Source: Podarcis pityusensis (Eukaryota). Taken from it: DNA of 64,000 nt. Each line of letters opens with the position of its first letter. Within the stretch, counting starts at the first letter, position 1. A program made the position numbers and the translations under genes. Under the pieces are notes generated by a model that was given only the letters and a program-made list of their open reading frames with translations, did no database searches and was not told the DNA's origin. The DNA lies in NCBI GenBank assembly GCA_964106645.2, contig OZ067047.1, one strand, 5' to 3'. Below, one piece after another: positions 11,651 to 25,391 of the stretch.

Positions 11651-14017
11651 AATCATTCAATCAATCAATAGATAGATAGGCCAGGGATATGCCTGTGGCT
11701 GTCTACTTATATCAGTGCATGGTCACCAGATGGATCAAGTGCATGGGCATATGTACGTTATGCTGTAGCTGCACTCATAAAAAGGGAATTGCTTAAAAGA
11801 AAACTAAGGGTGCAGTTGACTCTCCACCTACCTGGGAGTGAAACCCATATGGAACTCAATGGGATTTTCTTCTGAATAGCCCTGTATAGGATTGCTCTGT
11901 TAAATAACTTTCCACAATTCATCAAACCTGAGTGAAATTTCTTTAGGGCAGTATATCATGAATGAGTATTTTTAAATTGGCTGTAAATCAAGCTATAAGA
12001 ACCAAGCTCTTTGAGCAGTGGAACGTGAGACCAGCAATACTTTCTGAAGGCAAAGCTGCCCCCCATTTGTCCAGCCACTTGTGGACCCACATGAGTGATG
12101 ATAACTTAGGAAAGTTCCTCACATTTCAAAACTCACACAGTGACTATCATGTTCTTCCTCTCGCTATCCTAGCCCCCACCCTTTCTCTCATACTGTGTAC
12201 ATGTGTTTGGAACCTTCAGCAAATGCTGACAGTGAAGGCTTGTTTTTTGTTTTAAAAAAAATCACAATGCAAAACATAGGCCATATCCACACCATACATT
12301 TAAAGCATTATTATACCACTTTAACAGTTGTGGCTTCTCCCAAAGAATCCTGGGAACTATGCTAAGGATGCTGAGAGTTGTGAGAAGACCCCAATTCCCC
12401 TCACAGAACTACAATTCCCAGAGTTCCCTGGGAAGAGGGATTAATTTTTTGACCACTTTTGAGAATTATTATTTCTGTGAGGGGAATGGGGAGTCTCTGA
12501 GTGGCAGGAGCCTCTCAAAGCTTTCTCTTTCCCTGCTGTACTACCTTGGATACATTTATCAGGATAGGGTACTGAGAGTTAGGAGACCTCAATTTCCAGA
12601 ACTACAATTCCCAGAATCCCTGAGAAGATGGATTGATTGTTAAACCACTCAGGGGCCTCCTAACAATTCTCAGCATGCTGTAGTTCCCACAGGGGTGGAC
12701 TTTGGTGATCTTTCTTATTATGGTGCCCTGTGCAAGGCCTGGATGGGCTGAGTCAGTTCAGAGTCAGGGGGTTATTCATTGAGAAGGCTGCTTAGTGAAT
12801 CAATACACCTGCATGCAGATCCAGCATTTCCAGACAATCAATTTATTTAAGTGCCCTTAACAGTCTTGCTCTCTGTAAGCTCTTTTCATCTTACGCTATC
12901 ATTGATATTAGAATCCTTTAAATATATTCACTAGGCTAGGTCAGATGCAGGGTTGGCTCCTTTTGGGGCTTCTTTTTGAGCTACCCCCCCTCCCAGTAGT
13001 CTCTTCAGTAGCAATTTGATCTGCAGCAATTTGACCAGGTTTAGCTCCATGTTGTGGAAAACATTACCTGCTAATTTCTCCATTCTCTGTTAAAAGAAGA
13101 GCGCAACTTGGAAGAGTGCTGATAGCTGTGCGTCCTGCTTTTTGTCTTCCCAGAGGCATTTGGTTGGCTACATTAGGCATAGGATGCTGGATTAGATGGG
13201 CCTTTGGTCTGATCCATCAGAGCTCTACTCATGTTCCAAGGGACAGGAATAGGCCAGGCTGGTCTCCCTGTTGCCCCCCCCCCCCCGTCAGTGTAATTAC
13301 ATAAAACAGAAACAATTTGTGCAATTGCTTGCCTAGTCAAATAATCAAAGAGTCCTGCACTGTATGTTCCAGCTCTCCGTGTTCAATTTATGCTTGCGGT
13401 TTTTTTCCCCAGTTGCTTATTTGGGGGTGTTAAAGAGACTATGGACTGGATCCATGGATATATATTGCCTCTGAACTGAAAATCCCATATAGCCATATTG
13501 TGTATTTAAAAAGAAGAGCTGTGTTAAGATTTTTACTGAGGACACCAGAGCCTATATTCTTCAAATATACCGTAATCTGTTCTTTCTGTTATTCCTTAGA
13601 CAGGTATTTGACACAATGTCACCTTCACCACCCTGCGCTAGCAATTACTTTAGCTGTTCCTTCTCCATAGCCAAGAGTATGTTTGTGCGTGTCAAGTGCA
13701 ATGCTTTTATGATCCAAACTGCCCACATGCTGGAGAAGGAACACAACCACCCACAAGATGTCAGATTACATATTGGCTGGGTCTCCTTAAAACATTGTGC
13801 ACGAAAGCCCTTTGAAGCTTTTTTGTTGTTAATCTGCCAGCTATAGTCCCATCAAGGGATAGACTGCTGGCTCTAAGGCTGATCTACCTGAGCATCACTT
13901 TGTAATCTAGCCTAATACTCTATGTCTTTGTTCTGGTCAGTTCTGAGCAGAAAGATATGATTGGAACATCTCATATGGTGCGGCTTATTTGGCATAACAG
14001 GAGGGGAGATCTCAGTT

Positions 14018-14320
14018 TCATAGAATCAAAGAATCTTAGAGTTAGAAGGGACCCTGAGGGTCAACTATTCAAATCCCCTGCAATGCAGGAATCTCAACCA
14101 AAGCATCCTTGGCAAATGGCCATTGAATCTCTGCTTAAAAACCTCCAATGAAGCAGAGTCCACCTTCTCCTAAGGAAGTCCATTCCACTGTCAAACAGCT
14201 CTTACCATCAGAAAGAAAGGTCTTCCTTACGTTTCGTCAGAATCTCCTTTCTTGTAACTTAAATCCATTGGTTCGAGTCCTAACCTCCGGGGCTGGAGAA
14301 AACAAGCTAGCTCCATCACA
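14018..14320 (-). mobile_element. CR1 LINE 3' end
   Basis: Minus strand reads ccaatggatttaagttacaagaaaggagattc...cagtggaat...ttggaggtttttaagcagag...gtcccttctaactctaagattctttgattctatg. Confidence 0.85.
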
Positions 14321-14894
14321 TGCCATCTTTAAACTGCTTTGAGATAGACTTTTTGTTCAATGATAAGAAAGACTTTTTTATGTTGCCACATAAATATTTC
14401 CAGAAAGCTTCTGAAACATTGTACTCCAGAACACTATTCAGGATCAGCCCTACCATTAGGTAAAGTGGAGAAGCTGCCTCAGGCAGAACATACTGCCCCT
14501 GCCCTCCTGAGTAAGGAGTGGCAGGAAAGTGTTCAAGGAAAAAGCTGTATGTGCCACATGGCCTGACTTCTTTCTACTAAGCTAGCCTGATGACCTCAGA
14601 TGTGATGGAGGATGCTGCCCCCATCATCAGTGTTTGAAGTGAGATTTAATTGCCAGTCTGTTTGGCTTCTATACATGGAAAGGGTTGGTGGTGCTCCATC
14701 TTTTCCCTCACTCCAGGCAACAAAATGTGTTAGGCTGCCCCCATGCCTATTCCAACCCTCTTTCTATTATTCTCTTCTAATATCCAGCTCAAAAAATAAT
14801 CTATATGCCAGGGAGAATTCACCAATTTTCCATTCCATCTTACCATTTCTAACAGTTCCTACAAATCAGGCAAGTTAATGAAGAGAATGGTATA

Positions 14895-15136
14895 CAGTGG
14901 TACCTCAGGTTAAGTACTTAATTCATTCCGGAGATCTGTTCTTAACCTGAAACTGTTCTTAACCTGAAGCATTACTTTAGCTAATGGGGCCTCCCGCTGC
15001 CACCGCGCCGCTGGAGCACGATTTCTGTTCTCATCCTGAAGCAAAGTTCTTAACCTGAAGCACTATTTCTGGGTTAGCGGAGTCTGTAACCTGAAGCATA
15101 TGTAACCTGAAGTGTATGTAACCTGAGGTACCACTG
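14895..15136. mobile_element. Tc1/mariner (pogo/Tigger-like) MITE, 242 bp
   Basis: TIRs CAGTGGTACCTCAGGTTA / TAACCTGAGGTACCACTG with a TA duplication on both sides. Internal taacctgaa repeats. Confidence 0.9.
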
Positions 15137-16962
15137 TATTTCTTTTCATAATGACAGGTGGTTGTTTTCCCCCCAGTTTAAAGGCTTCAGATTACTGTCT
15201 GTTGAAGACTTCATTTTGATTCCTCTCACTTTCCTCGTTACAAAATTCCACCTTCAACTACCAAAGAAAAATACTGACTTTGTTCAGTAGCTAGGTCCAA
15301 AACCATGACATGGTGATCATATTGGCTAGTGGACAGCAGAAAACATCACTAAAGGTTTTTCCCCCCCATGAAAAAATGGGGGAGGGGGGCACATGGTAGA
15401 ATTTTCTTTTTCCATTCAATTCTTAAGAGCATACTGTATCTCTTGCAGCTAAACTAGATTTTATGAAAGACACAGAGCTGAAGAATCATGCCCCCTTCTC
15501 TTCCTTGTAGGGAAACACACCATCTGCCATGATGTCACTGTGCTCCTCATTGCCCCACCCTCAGAAGCTAAGAGCACATGATATGTGAGATGCAGGCAGG
15601 ATGATGCCCAGTGCGATGACACCATGGCATTCGCTGCATTTACCTAGAAGTTAGAAGGGGCAGGGGGAACAATACCATGGCTGCATACCCCCATATATTT
15701 AAAGCTCATTTACAGTACATCACCTCAAAAAACAATACTGAGAATTGTAGTTTGTTAAGGGTGCTGTGAAATGTAGCTTTGCAAGGAGCAAACTGCAGCT
15801 CTCGGGTTTCTTTGGGGTAAATGTGCTTTAAATGTATGAAGTGTATGCAGCCATGGAATTGTGACAGCTCCATATCTGTTGTAATATCCCCATGTTGTAA
15901 AGTCAGTGATTAGGTGAAACCTTGCTATTTGTCTCTCCCCCACCCCCACCCCATCCATGCCCTGGTTTACATAGCTTTTTTCCATGAAACATATAGTTGT
16001 TCTGCCTTGTACTTCTTACAGTGAACAAGATCGTTCTGCTTAAGGTTTGCTGACAGATTGGCAGGAGCCTATAAATCTGAGCCAATGTTTGAAGCCTACG
16101 GACCAGCGTCTAAGGTTTCTGTGACCGAGCCAGGAGACCCTGGCAGCAGTTAAGTGTCAGGGCCCTTGAGAGACTTTTTTGGAGTTGGCAGCAGAGAAGC
16201 ATACATCTTTGCTTTCTCTTGCCCTAAGACAATCTTGTCTGTCCAATAAACTGCTGGGCATAGGATGTATGCTTAGTGCATGATGTATAGGCCCAGGTCA
16301 GCTTAAGGCTGCATACACACTATAATATGTCACTATGAGGTGAGTGGCAGGTGGTTGCCCACTTACTTGTCAGATTTAGCCTGCCAGGGGTGGGGGAGAT
16401 AAAAGTTGTCTCCCTTTAGCCAGAAAATATTTCATATCCCTGCTGCACTAGACCTTTTAAGTATATGTTTCCTCCCTCAAACAATTCTGGGCACTTTTGT
16501 TTACCCCTCAGAGTTTTACATTCCCAGACACCCTTAATAAACTACAGTGCCCAGAACTCTTTGCTGAGGGAAAATAAGCTTCAAATGGACTTTAAAGTTG
16601 TATAGTGTGTTCACAGTCTTTTCATTTGTCAGCAAATATTCCCTCAATAATACACGAAGCATGAAAGACGGTTAGCTGTTCCTGCTCAGTTCCTGTTTGC
16701 AATGGTTCAGTCTCTGACATTGAACACACCCTTAAACATGCCCACATTTCCTTGGGTGCCAGGATTGGACCCTACCTTCTGTTCTGAACAGGAGAGAGAA
16801 ACACAGAGTGTCTCTCTGTGAGTGAGCACAGTAGTAGCTGAGTAATTCAACTTTTTCTCCTTGATGGGGCATGTCTGCACCATTTGTGCTTCTCTCTCTC
16901 TTTTTGCTGTTTGGATGTGGCAGCCATTTTGTGTTTTGCCACACCAACCATGACAGCCATTT

Positions 16963-17099
16963 CATACCCTCCAATATTTCTCCAATGAAAATAGGGATAT
17001 CCTAAGGAAAAGTGGGACATTCTGGGATCAAATCAGAAACAGGGACGCCTTCTCTAAGTTAGGGACATCTCTGGAAAATAGGGACACTTGAAGGGCCTG
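16963..17099. mobile_element. Short MITE-like element
   Basis: Imperfect TIRs cataccctccaa / ttgaagggcctg and repeated internal gggac motifs. Confidence 0.55.
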
Positions 17100-18980
17100 C
17101 CATTTTGTGCTACTGTATGTCACATTACCCACTGCAGTCCTTTTGTGACTGGGGCCAGTGGCAGTTTATCAAAATACTAAATGTGCCCCCTAAATGTGTT
17201 AAAAGAGTTGATGTTTTATTATACTCTCAAAATGCTTTCCTTATTTTTGAGCTTAGAATCCTCATATTGTCCATAATCATTGAGAAAATTGAGAAAGTCA
17301 CTTTTTTTGTCCTTTATCAGAAGACTGCCACTCTCTTTCATGAAAAAGGCTTGAATAGTTAACTGAGTAATTGCTTGGTGGCCAGAAATTCAGTGGGTAT
17401 GTAGCATGAGGAGAACAGTTGGAATGAATTGACCAGGACGTTTTCTTAGTAGTTCCACCCACTTTGGTGTCAGACTTATTTATTTCAAAGCTGAGGTAAA
17501 CCTTTGGGGAGGAGAACGGCAGTAACTGCCGTTTTGTCCTCTTCAGAAAGCCCAGTTCTGAGGTGTTTTTGAGTTTGGGAAATTCAGAATGGCTGCCACT
17601 CTTTACAGAATATGTGGCTCATGCCAGGAGCAACTAATTTTCTTCCAAAGATGTAAAGCTAAATACCACTGAAGAAAAAAGCATTGACCGAAGCAGACAT
17701 GTTAAAAAATACTGTGTCATGGACCACTGTTCCCTGCAATCTGGTTTTTTAAACCTAAACTAGTAGGAAAGCATTTGTTTGGATTTTTTAAAAAAAATTA
17801 GAGAGTCTTGTAAAAAAACAACAACTGTTAAAAAACAATCAAAAAACTAAGATGCATTGTTTGAAAGTAGAAGTAAAAGTTTGAGAGCTCTCCCAGACCA
17901 GTTTGGGGGGGGGGGCAGAGGAGAAGCAAATGAGAGCTTAAAACTGCAGTCTTATGTATGTCAATTTCTTACAGATGCAAAACGGGTATTATGTGGCACC
18001 TGTAACACTGCCAGTTACTGCAATCAAAACAGCTGAGAAAGCAGATATGGGGTAAGGCAAACTGATCCCAAGTTGAACTCAGGTGTTATATGCTGACAAG
18101 GGCTCACCTCCAACAAAATTTTGAATATGCACTGTGTGCCTCACTTGCTTTTGTCAACTCTGAATCGCCCACAAATCTGACTTACTGGAGTGAGAAAATT
18201 TTCTCTTCCTCCACTCTCACCATAGCATGCATAATACTGTATACCAGTTACACAGTCCTCTTCATGCAGAATTTGTTTCATCTTAAGGACCTGATTCTGG
18301 TTTTTGTGTGTGTGTTTTTACACAGTTCTACCATGTACAGTATCTCACACATTGTTGGTGCTGCTGCTAATTAAATGTTAAATAGTAGCAGTAACTAAAT
18401 AGAAACTCCATTTGAGAGACCCAGTTCTGTGACACATGTCAAACAGGAAACCTCTGAGGCCTATCAGATAACAAGTTATGGGAATCCTATGCTAACTATG
18501 GCTTCCTCTACTCCTGCGGGATCTTCTGAAAGGTTTGCTATTACATGCAGGACCTTGACAATCCCAGCAGCAGTATTTTAAGCTATTTTAGGCATAGCCA
18601 TTCGCACAATAGTTTTGTATGGAGGAATTGTGACTATTTCCCACTGGGATATGGTTTGATAGTGGATATTTGTTGGCATAAGTTTAAACAATAAAATCAT
18701 ACCCAGCCATTCAAATGCATTAATAATCCAAACACATACAATATATAAAAGACTAGATAGCCACCACTGAGTAAATCAGGCAACTTTAGATTTAGCTTCA
18801 AAAATCTGGGCTAAATACCCTGAAACAATCTTGGTAGTTTCGGGAGTATCATCCCGCAACAAATACTGGATTACAGACTCTTTGTAAATCAATATTTTAA
18901 GCTGTGAGGGAGTCACTAGGAAATCTCTGCGAAGGGTGTTGAGAAGAGTGCAATCCAAAATTATGTGATAATAATATATT

Positions 18981-19385
18981 ATAATAATAATAATTTATTA
19001 TTTAACCCCGCCCATCTGGCTGGGCTTCCCCAGCCACTCTGTCTCCACCCCCATCGTTCTACCCGGACACTGAGGTCCAGCACTGAGGGCCTTCTGGCTG
19101 TTCCCTCGCTGCGAGAAGCCAAGTTACAGGGAACCAGGCAGAGGGCCTTCTCGGTAGTGGTGCCCTCCCTGTGGAACGCCCTCCCACCAGATGTCAAAGA
19201 GAACAACAACTACCAGACTTTTAGAAGACGTCTGAAGGCAGCCCTGTTTAGGGAAGCTTTTAATGTTTGATGTATTACAGTATTTTAATATTTTTTTGGA
19301 AGCCGCCCAGAGTGGCTGGGGAAGCCCAGCCAGATGGGCTGGGTATAAATAATAAATTATTATTATTATTATTATTATTATTATT
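18981..19385 (+). mobile_element. L2 LINE 3' fragment (ORF2 C-terminus plus 3' UTR stem-loop) with an inverted copy of the tail at its 5' side
   Basis: RAFSVVVPSLWNALP...FRRRLKAALF is an L2 ORF2 end. Stem-loop TGGCTGGG-GAAG-CCCAGCCA and (TAT)n tail. 18981-19041 is the near-exact reverse complement of 19308-19369. Confidence 0.9.
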
Positions 19386-22300
19386 GTCATTAGGCATTAT
19401 TCCATGGTGGGGCTGCGATGCTAAGTAAGCAAATGAACTTACAAAAGGCTGGGAGGGGTAGAGTTTTTGGATTTCATGGTCTAGTAGTCTCTGCTTGATG
19501 AGAGAGAATATATGTGAATCCCTGTTTGCCTGAGTTTGAGGATAAAATCAGAAACCCATGTAAAATTATGGGTATTTGAAAGTCATAATCCGGTCCCTAG
19601 ATTCTAAGAGATCCTGACCTAACTCTGCACACATAGCCAGATAGGAGACACATTTTGGGGCTCCTAGAATTTTTGGCTTTGAATTCGAAATGCAATCAAT
19701 CCTGTAAATAAGTGTTCCCATTGAACTGCTTCCATTATTATTACTTAATTTTACTATTCAGTGCTGTAAAAGAAAATCTACAGGATGGACTGCGAGCAGA
19801 TGTAACCAATGCATTAATGGAAGTTATAGTGAAATTCATAGGAGTCAACAGAGAAAGGCTTCTGTGGTGACCATAAGATTTGAGTAGGTTCATATGGGGT
19901 GGTTATTCAATTCCAATCCCCATCATGACCAACAGTCAAGAATGATGGGAGTTGTAGCCCAACAACATATGGAGGGTGAAGGTTCACCACCCCTTGCTTA
20001 GGTCATGTATTCTACACCTACTGTCCCTCACTACTCTTGGAATTGCCCTTTGCTCAGTTTAACCTTTCTGAAATATTTTATAGGGAATCTTACATTTGTC
20101 AGAAATTAGCACTTTTATTTACTGAATCATTCTAAAGCACATAATTAAGGAGGCAGCAGGCAGGAATCTTCCAAGTTCCCTTAGTATATTGCATTTTGCA
20201 GGCATCCACTTAAAAGTACCTTTAGGGAAAATGGTGAGCCCACCTTTATTTAGGTACAGTCCAACGAGAGGTTGCTATTTTGGGGGATGCAGTCACTTGG
20301 GATTCTTAGACAGTGAGTTAGTTTCACTCTGTATCTTGTGACCCTGAAGCTGGAGTGAGGAGTTTGCTGTCACAATTTCCTTAAAATCAGCAGGAAGGGG
20401 AACAGCTGGTTTCCTTTTAGTACTCTTTTTTTTGTGACACAACATAGACGCCACCTTGCTGACTAAGCATGTCACAAAGTTTGTGCATGTATGTGTGTGT
20501 GCGTAGGAATATACTCTGCTGAAAACCTTAACTGGTAATGTGCAGCAGGTGAACACCATCTCCATCCCCTCTCTGTTGTGTACAACAACATGCAAAACGC
20601 AACCTGGAACACAGCAGGGGCAGGGGGTGGAATGCCCTTGCTGCATTTTAAGCTGCAAATTAGTTCATAGCCTAAATGTTTTGCCTGTTGTTTAAGAGGA
20701 GTTCTGAGCCTTGCCAATTTTTATTCTATGCAATGGATGTTTTGTGTTGCCTTATAACAGTCGTTTAAATTTCTAAAAGTGCCCCTGGGGCCAAAAAAAC
20801 TGGGGACCCCTGCATTGAGACAGCACAATCAAGAATCAAAGGATAACAGTCCACAAGTCTATAGAGCCACATCCTATGTGACTGACTGACTACACAACTC
20901 ATTTATATGCTGTGTTAATGTATCCTGAGCATATTCAAAGCTGCTAATTAAGTCATTTATTTATTTAAAATCTTTTATACCCTGGCCTAAACTTCCACGG
21001 CACCCAATAGTTAACAGATCACCCCAATTAAAACAACTCGAATTAAAAATTAGAATCCTCTGAAATTCTGTAGGCTGGGTTTGAGGTGATTCTGGAGGCA
21101 AGCGTATTAAGTTAGGTGCAAAAAATGGGTGTGAACTACCTTGTTTTTAATTGAGTCTCAGAGAAAACCCATACTTTTAGGGGAAAACCCCAACCACAAT
21201 TCCTGTTGGTTGGTCCACACCCATTGCTAAGCTATAACTACTTATACCAAATAAGTAGAAGCCCACTACAGTTCATATATCAAACACTGACAACAGCCTG
21301 TATTGCTGCAGAGTAACCAGAGATGATGTAGCTGTCATGGAATCATATATCTTTGGTCAAACATAGGGAGACATATTAATTTACAACTTAAAGCTTGGGG
21401 TCGGGACAGTCCATACCCTCCATACATCTCAGCCAAGCACACTCTGCTCCTTTGGCACACTTTTTGTGGGTGCTGAGATTAGGATTCTGCCATGTTCTCA
21501 CATCTGCTATGGCAATATTGACTATTAGTATATTTTAGCAGCTGGCATGTGATGCAAATCAGCTTCTCACATATCTGCCACACATTAGTTATGTGCTCTG
21601 AGTCGGCAGTACTTTGGGGAGCACATTCAGCACTCATCTGCTAACTTGCAGAATGGTGATTTAAAGGTTTTTGGTTCCTCCTACATAAATGAGACTGAGA
21701 AGTCAGACCACTGGTCCGTCTAGCTTAGTATTGTCCACACTGACGAACAGTGACTGTCCAGAGTTTCAGCAGAATAATTTCCCAGTCCTACCTGGGGGTG
21801 CCATGGAGTAAACCTGAGACCTTCTGCATTTGAAGCAGATGTTCTATCACTGAACTACAGCCCTTCAGAGGATTTTCCCTGTTAGTATGGTTTTCATTAT
21901 TTGTACACAGGCATATACAATACAAAATGCACATCCTCTACACCCTAAATCTAATATCAATGGGCCTGTATTAGAAATAGGCCTATATGCATGCAATTCT
22001 ATACTGAATCCATTACTCCATCTGCGCTATACATTGAAAGCAGAAGCATATCACTTTAAGCAGCTATTGTTTTCCCCAGAATCCTGTCTGGGCCTAATGG
22101 GAGTTGAAGTCCAACAACATTTGAATGCCACAGATTTCCCAGCCCTGCCCTGAAGGCAAGCTCAATACCTTTTCTTTTTAATAAAAGATGGACATTATTA
22201 TTCTGATTTCTCATTCTGGTAACAAAGTCATTGGGGAGGAATTGGAAAAGCAAATATTTAATAGAATTTTCCGGCCACAAACCGTATTCTTTCACTCAAT

Positions 22301-23708
22301 CTGTGATTTCTTTTGTTAGCATCCTAGGAGTATGGTGGGGGGCATGTGCTTTTGGCCAAGAATATCACTGCAAGGTTCAACATAAATAGAGAGATGTTTT
22401 TAAAAGCCTATCAGTTTTCCACAATGTCAGGCAAAGCACTTAGCTAAGTTATGTGTGCCAATATCATCTTTCCCATGGCTGGCTTGGCATTAAACATTAG
22501 GAATAAAGGATAATTTTAGCAAATGTCACATAATTTAGAGGAACATCCCTTGACCCACGAGCCCAGGATTATGCTATTCTATCACTCTCTAACTTGGCAG
22601 GATCTACAATGGGGTTTTCAGAAGAGGTGGACAGTAATTGACTACTGATGCCCAAAGTTTTAAGAAATCAGGACAGAGTAGGTTTTTTGATTTAGACTGA
22701 AAGAACAAACATGATAGTCCTAGCTGGGGAGGGTGGGGATTTTGGTTTTCTTTAGTAAAAGATCCACTGATTTCATCAGGGCCACAATCCACTGAGAAGT
22801 TCTCTCATTCATTTCAACTGGATCTTGAGCAGCAGAACTTCATAGGAACCTGCTTTATACTGAGTCAGACCATTAGGTCATCCAGCACAATATTGTCTAC
22901 ATTGACTGGCAGTGACTCTCCGGGACTTCAGACAGGAGTCTCTACCAGCCCTATCTGGAAATGCCGGGAATTGAACCTGCGACCTTCTGAATGTAAGGTG
23001 GATGCTCTACCTACTGAGCTATGGTCCTTCCCAATGAATTAAACTCTGAATCCACCAAGAACATGTGTGACTTTCCAGAAACCAGGGCATGCATCAAATA
23101 GATATAAAATTTCTATACTTTCCTGTTGTTTCTCAGGGACTCATTCTGATTCTATTTCTAACAACACTGAGTTCATGATTAAAGGGACAGATTATGCTTC
23201 TTAAAAAAAATGAGTTTTGTTATGTGGTTAAAATTGTTTTACTATATTTATTGCTATGCAATGTAACTATAAACACACACACAGTTATGTTGCATTGCAA
23301 TAAATATATTAAAACAATTTCGTTCACAATACAAAAGACATGAAAAAGCATAATCTTTCTAATAGTAAGCACAGCACCACCATTCTGGCAGAAATGGAAC
23401 CCAAATGACCCCACCCCCCCGGAAAGCAAGTGGGAAGTATCAGCATACTTAGGGAAATCCCAAGATTTAGAGAAGTAAAAGAACTCTAAAAACAGCAACA
23501 CCAAAAGGGGCATCTCCCACCTCAAAATTGCCCCAAAAGTGCTTGGTGGTCACCAAGAGATGCTTGATGTTGATGCCAATTCGAAAAGAAAATATTCCTG
23601 CATGTGACACTGGCCCTTGAGATATTCCAAGAAAGTATTCCTTACCATCCTGCTGCCAGAGAACTCTATGCTTGGTGTTGATGCATGAGTGGATATTTTC
23701 TGTAGTGC

Positions 23709-23759
23709 CACCCTAATTCTGGGATACCCTCTCGCACCCTAATTCTGGGATACCCTCTC
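23709..23759. repeat. Tandem duplication of a 26-bp unit
   Basis: caccctaattctgggataccctctc occurs twice, separated by one base. Confidence 0.9.
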
Positions 23760-23974
23760 TCACACAAATTCACTTGATATCCACACTAGTGGCATTCAGA
23801 CACCAGGTAGAAATCTAACCATTTATTCTGGTTTTCGGCCTGTTATTTGATATTTTTTGTATGTGTTTTTTAAACTATGTTTTCTCTTTAAACTGAGACA
23901 TCATGTTTTCTTAAAATTAATTTTATTATGGCCCATCCAGAGATCCAAGTATATAGGGTGGGCTACAAATAGCC

Positions 23975-24019
23975 TCTATCTATCTATCATCTATCTATCT
24001 ATCTGTCTATCTGTCTATC

Positions 24020-24056
<37 letters not shown>

Positions 24057-24062
24057 ATCTAT
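23975..24062. repeat. (TATC)n microsatellite
   Basis: Directly visible, with a few interruptions. Confidence 0.95.
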
Positions 24063-25222
24063 TGACATACAGGCTTTCCCAGGGCAGATATATCCATACC
24101 AAATTGCCAAGTCCTGCCCTGATGGCACCACTGGTAATATGTTCTTAATTAAATGACTTCCTGATCCATTGCAATGGCCACCACCAAGGGATGGTGATGG
24201 CCCAAGGAAGATGGAGACCAGTAGAGCCTGGGTTTTGGAATGGGCAGGAAGCTTAGGCAAGACAAGGTCAGGACCTTGGATAAGGACCAAGGTGCTGGTT
24301 CAGGACCATGGTTAGCAGTTCTGCAGCTGATAAGTAGTCAGGATGAAAGCCCTGCCTCCCAAATACTGTACTGCTCCTGGCCAGTTGCTCCTGGCTGGTG
24401 CCTTTTTTGTAGCTGTTGGCTTCTTTTAGGCAATAGGTTTTCAAGCTGCAGGGGCTTTTGCAGGAAAGGTTCCACAGGTATTTCCTGAGCTGCCTAAGGG
24501 TTTATGGTCTAGTCATGAGAGTCCAGTGGCAGAGATGTTTCTTCAGATTTCAGGGAATGAAATACAGGCTCGAGTGATAGCAGAACAACATTGGTAAAAC
24601 TGGAGTGAATCCCTCTCCCCTTCTGGGAAACTTTTGTAAGATCACTGTTTCTTAGGATTCCTGGTCCTATGTCATAACAACTGGGAACAGGGAACTTCTT
24701 CACCCTCTTTTTTGAGTTCATGTGCCAGATGTTCAGGAATACAACTCCAGATCAGCTGGTTCAGATATACCAATTGGAAAGCACTACCAAAAACTTTGTG
24801 CAGTTGCCTGCAGATGGCACCCAGTCTCCCCTGTTTATCCAGCTGATACTCTTAAAATAATACTGCTGCAGCAACTCCAAATGGATTGTTGAGCTTATCA
24901 TAACAAACCAATGACCACACCATGCACAAATGCCACCCAGCCTCATTTGGGCTTATCGTGGGCTTGTATTGTTATGGTTCCAGACTGCTAATACCCTTAA
25001 GCCTCAGGCTCTAACTTGAGCAGGATGGGTTTATTTTGGGAAGAAGAATCTTTCCCATAGATGAGTGCCTATAATTCCAACAAAAGTCCTTTTAAAAAAA
25101 GCAGATATACTGTACTGAATTGTTTAGTCTAAAATTAAAGAGTGTCACTCCCATGACTTACAAAAGAAGACATTGTAAAATCACTTGTCAGCAGTGAGAA
25201 AGATTGCAGCATCACCCAGAGA

Positions 25223-25391
25223 TAGGATGGCCAGGGTAAAAAAAAGAGAGAGAGAACAGGGCTCCTGTATCTTTAATAATTGTGTTGAAGAAAGAATGTC
25301 CTGCATGACAAGCTATGCCAGCTGAGATTCCCTCTTCTACACAGCTCTTAAAGGTGCAGCAGCTCTGAACTCATTTCATCTGGTCACCCTA
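25223..25391. mobile_element. MITE-like element with TAGGGTGACCAG-type ends
   Basis: taggatggccag ... ctggtcacccta, with internal inverted arms ctcctgtatctttaa / ttaaaggtgcagcag. Confidence 0.6.

Noticed and set aside
15890-16320. Possible solo LTR (TATA-like cctataaa and AATAAA)
   Set aside because: I could not define matching TG..CA termini with a TSD.
24100-24680. Possible minus-strand solo LTR ending cataaca
   Set aside because: The other terminus and a TSD are not identifiable.
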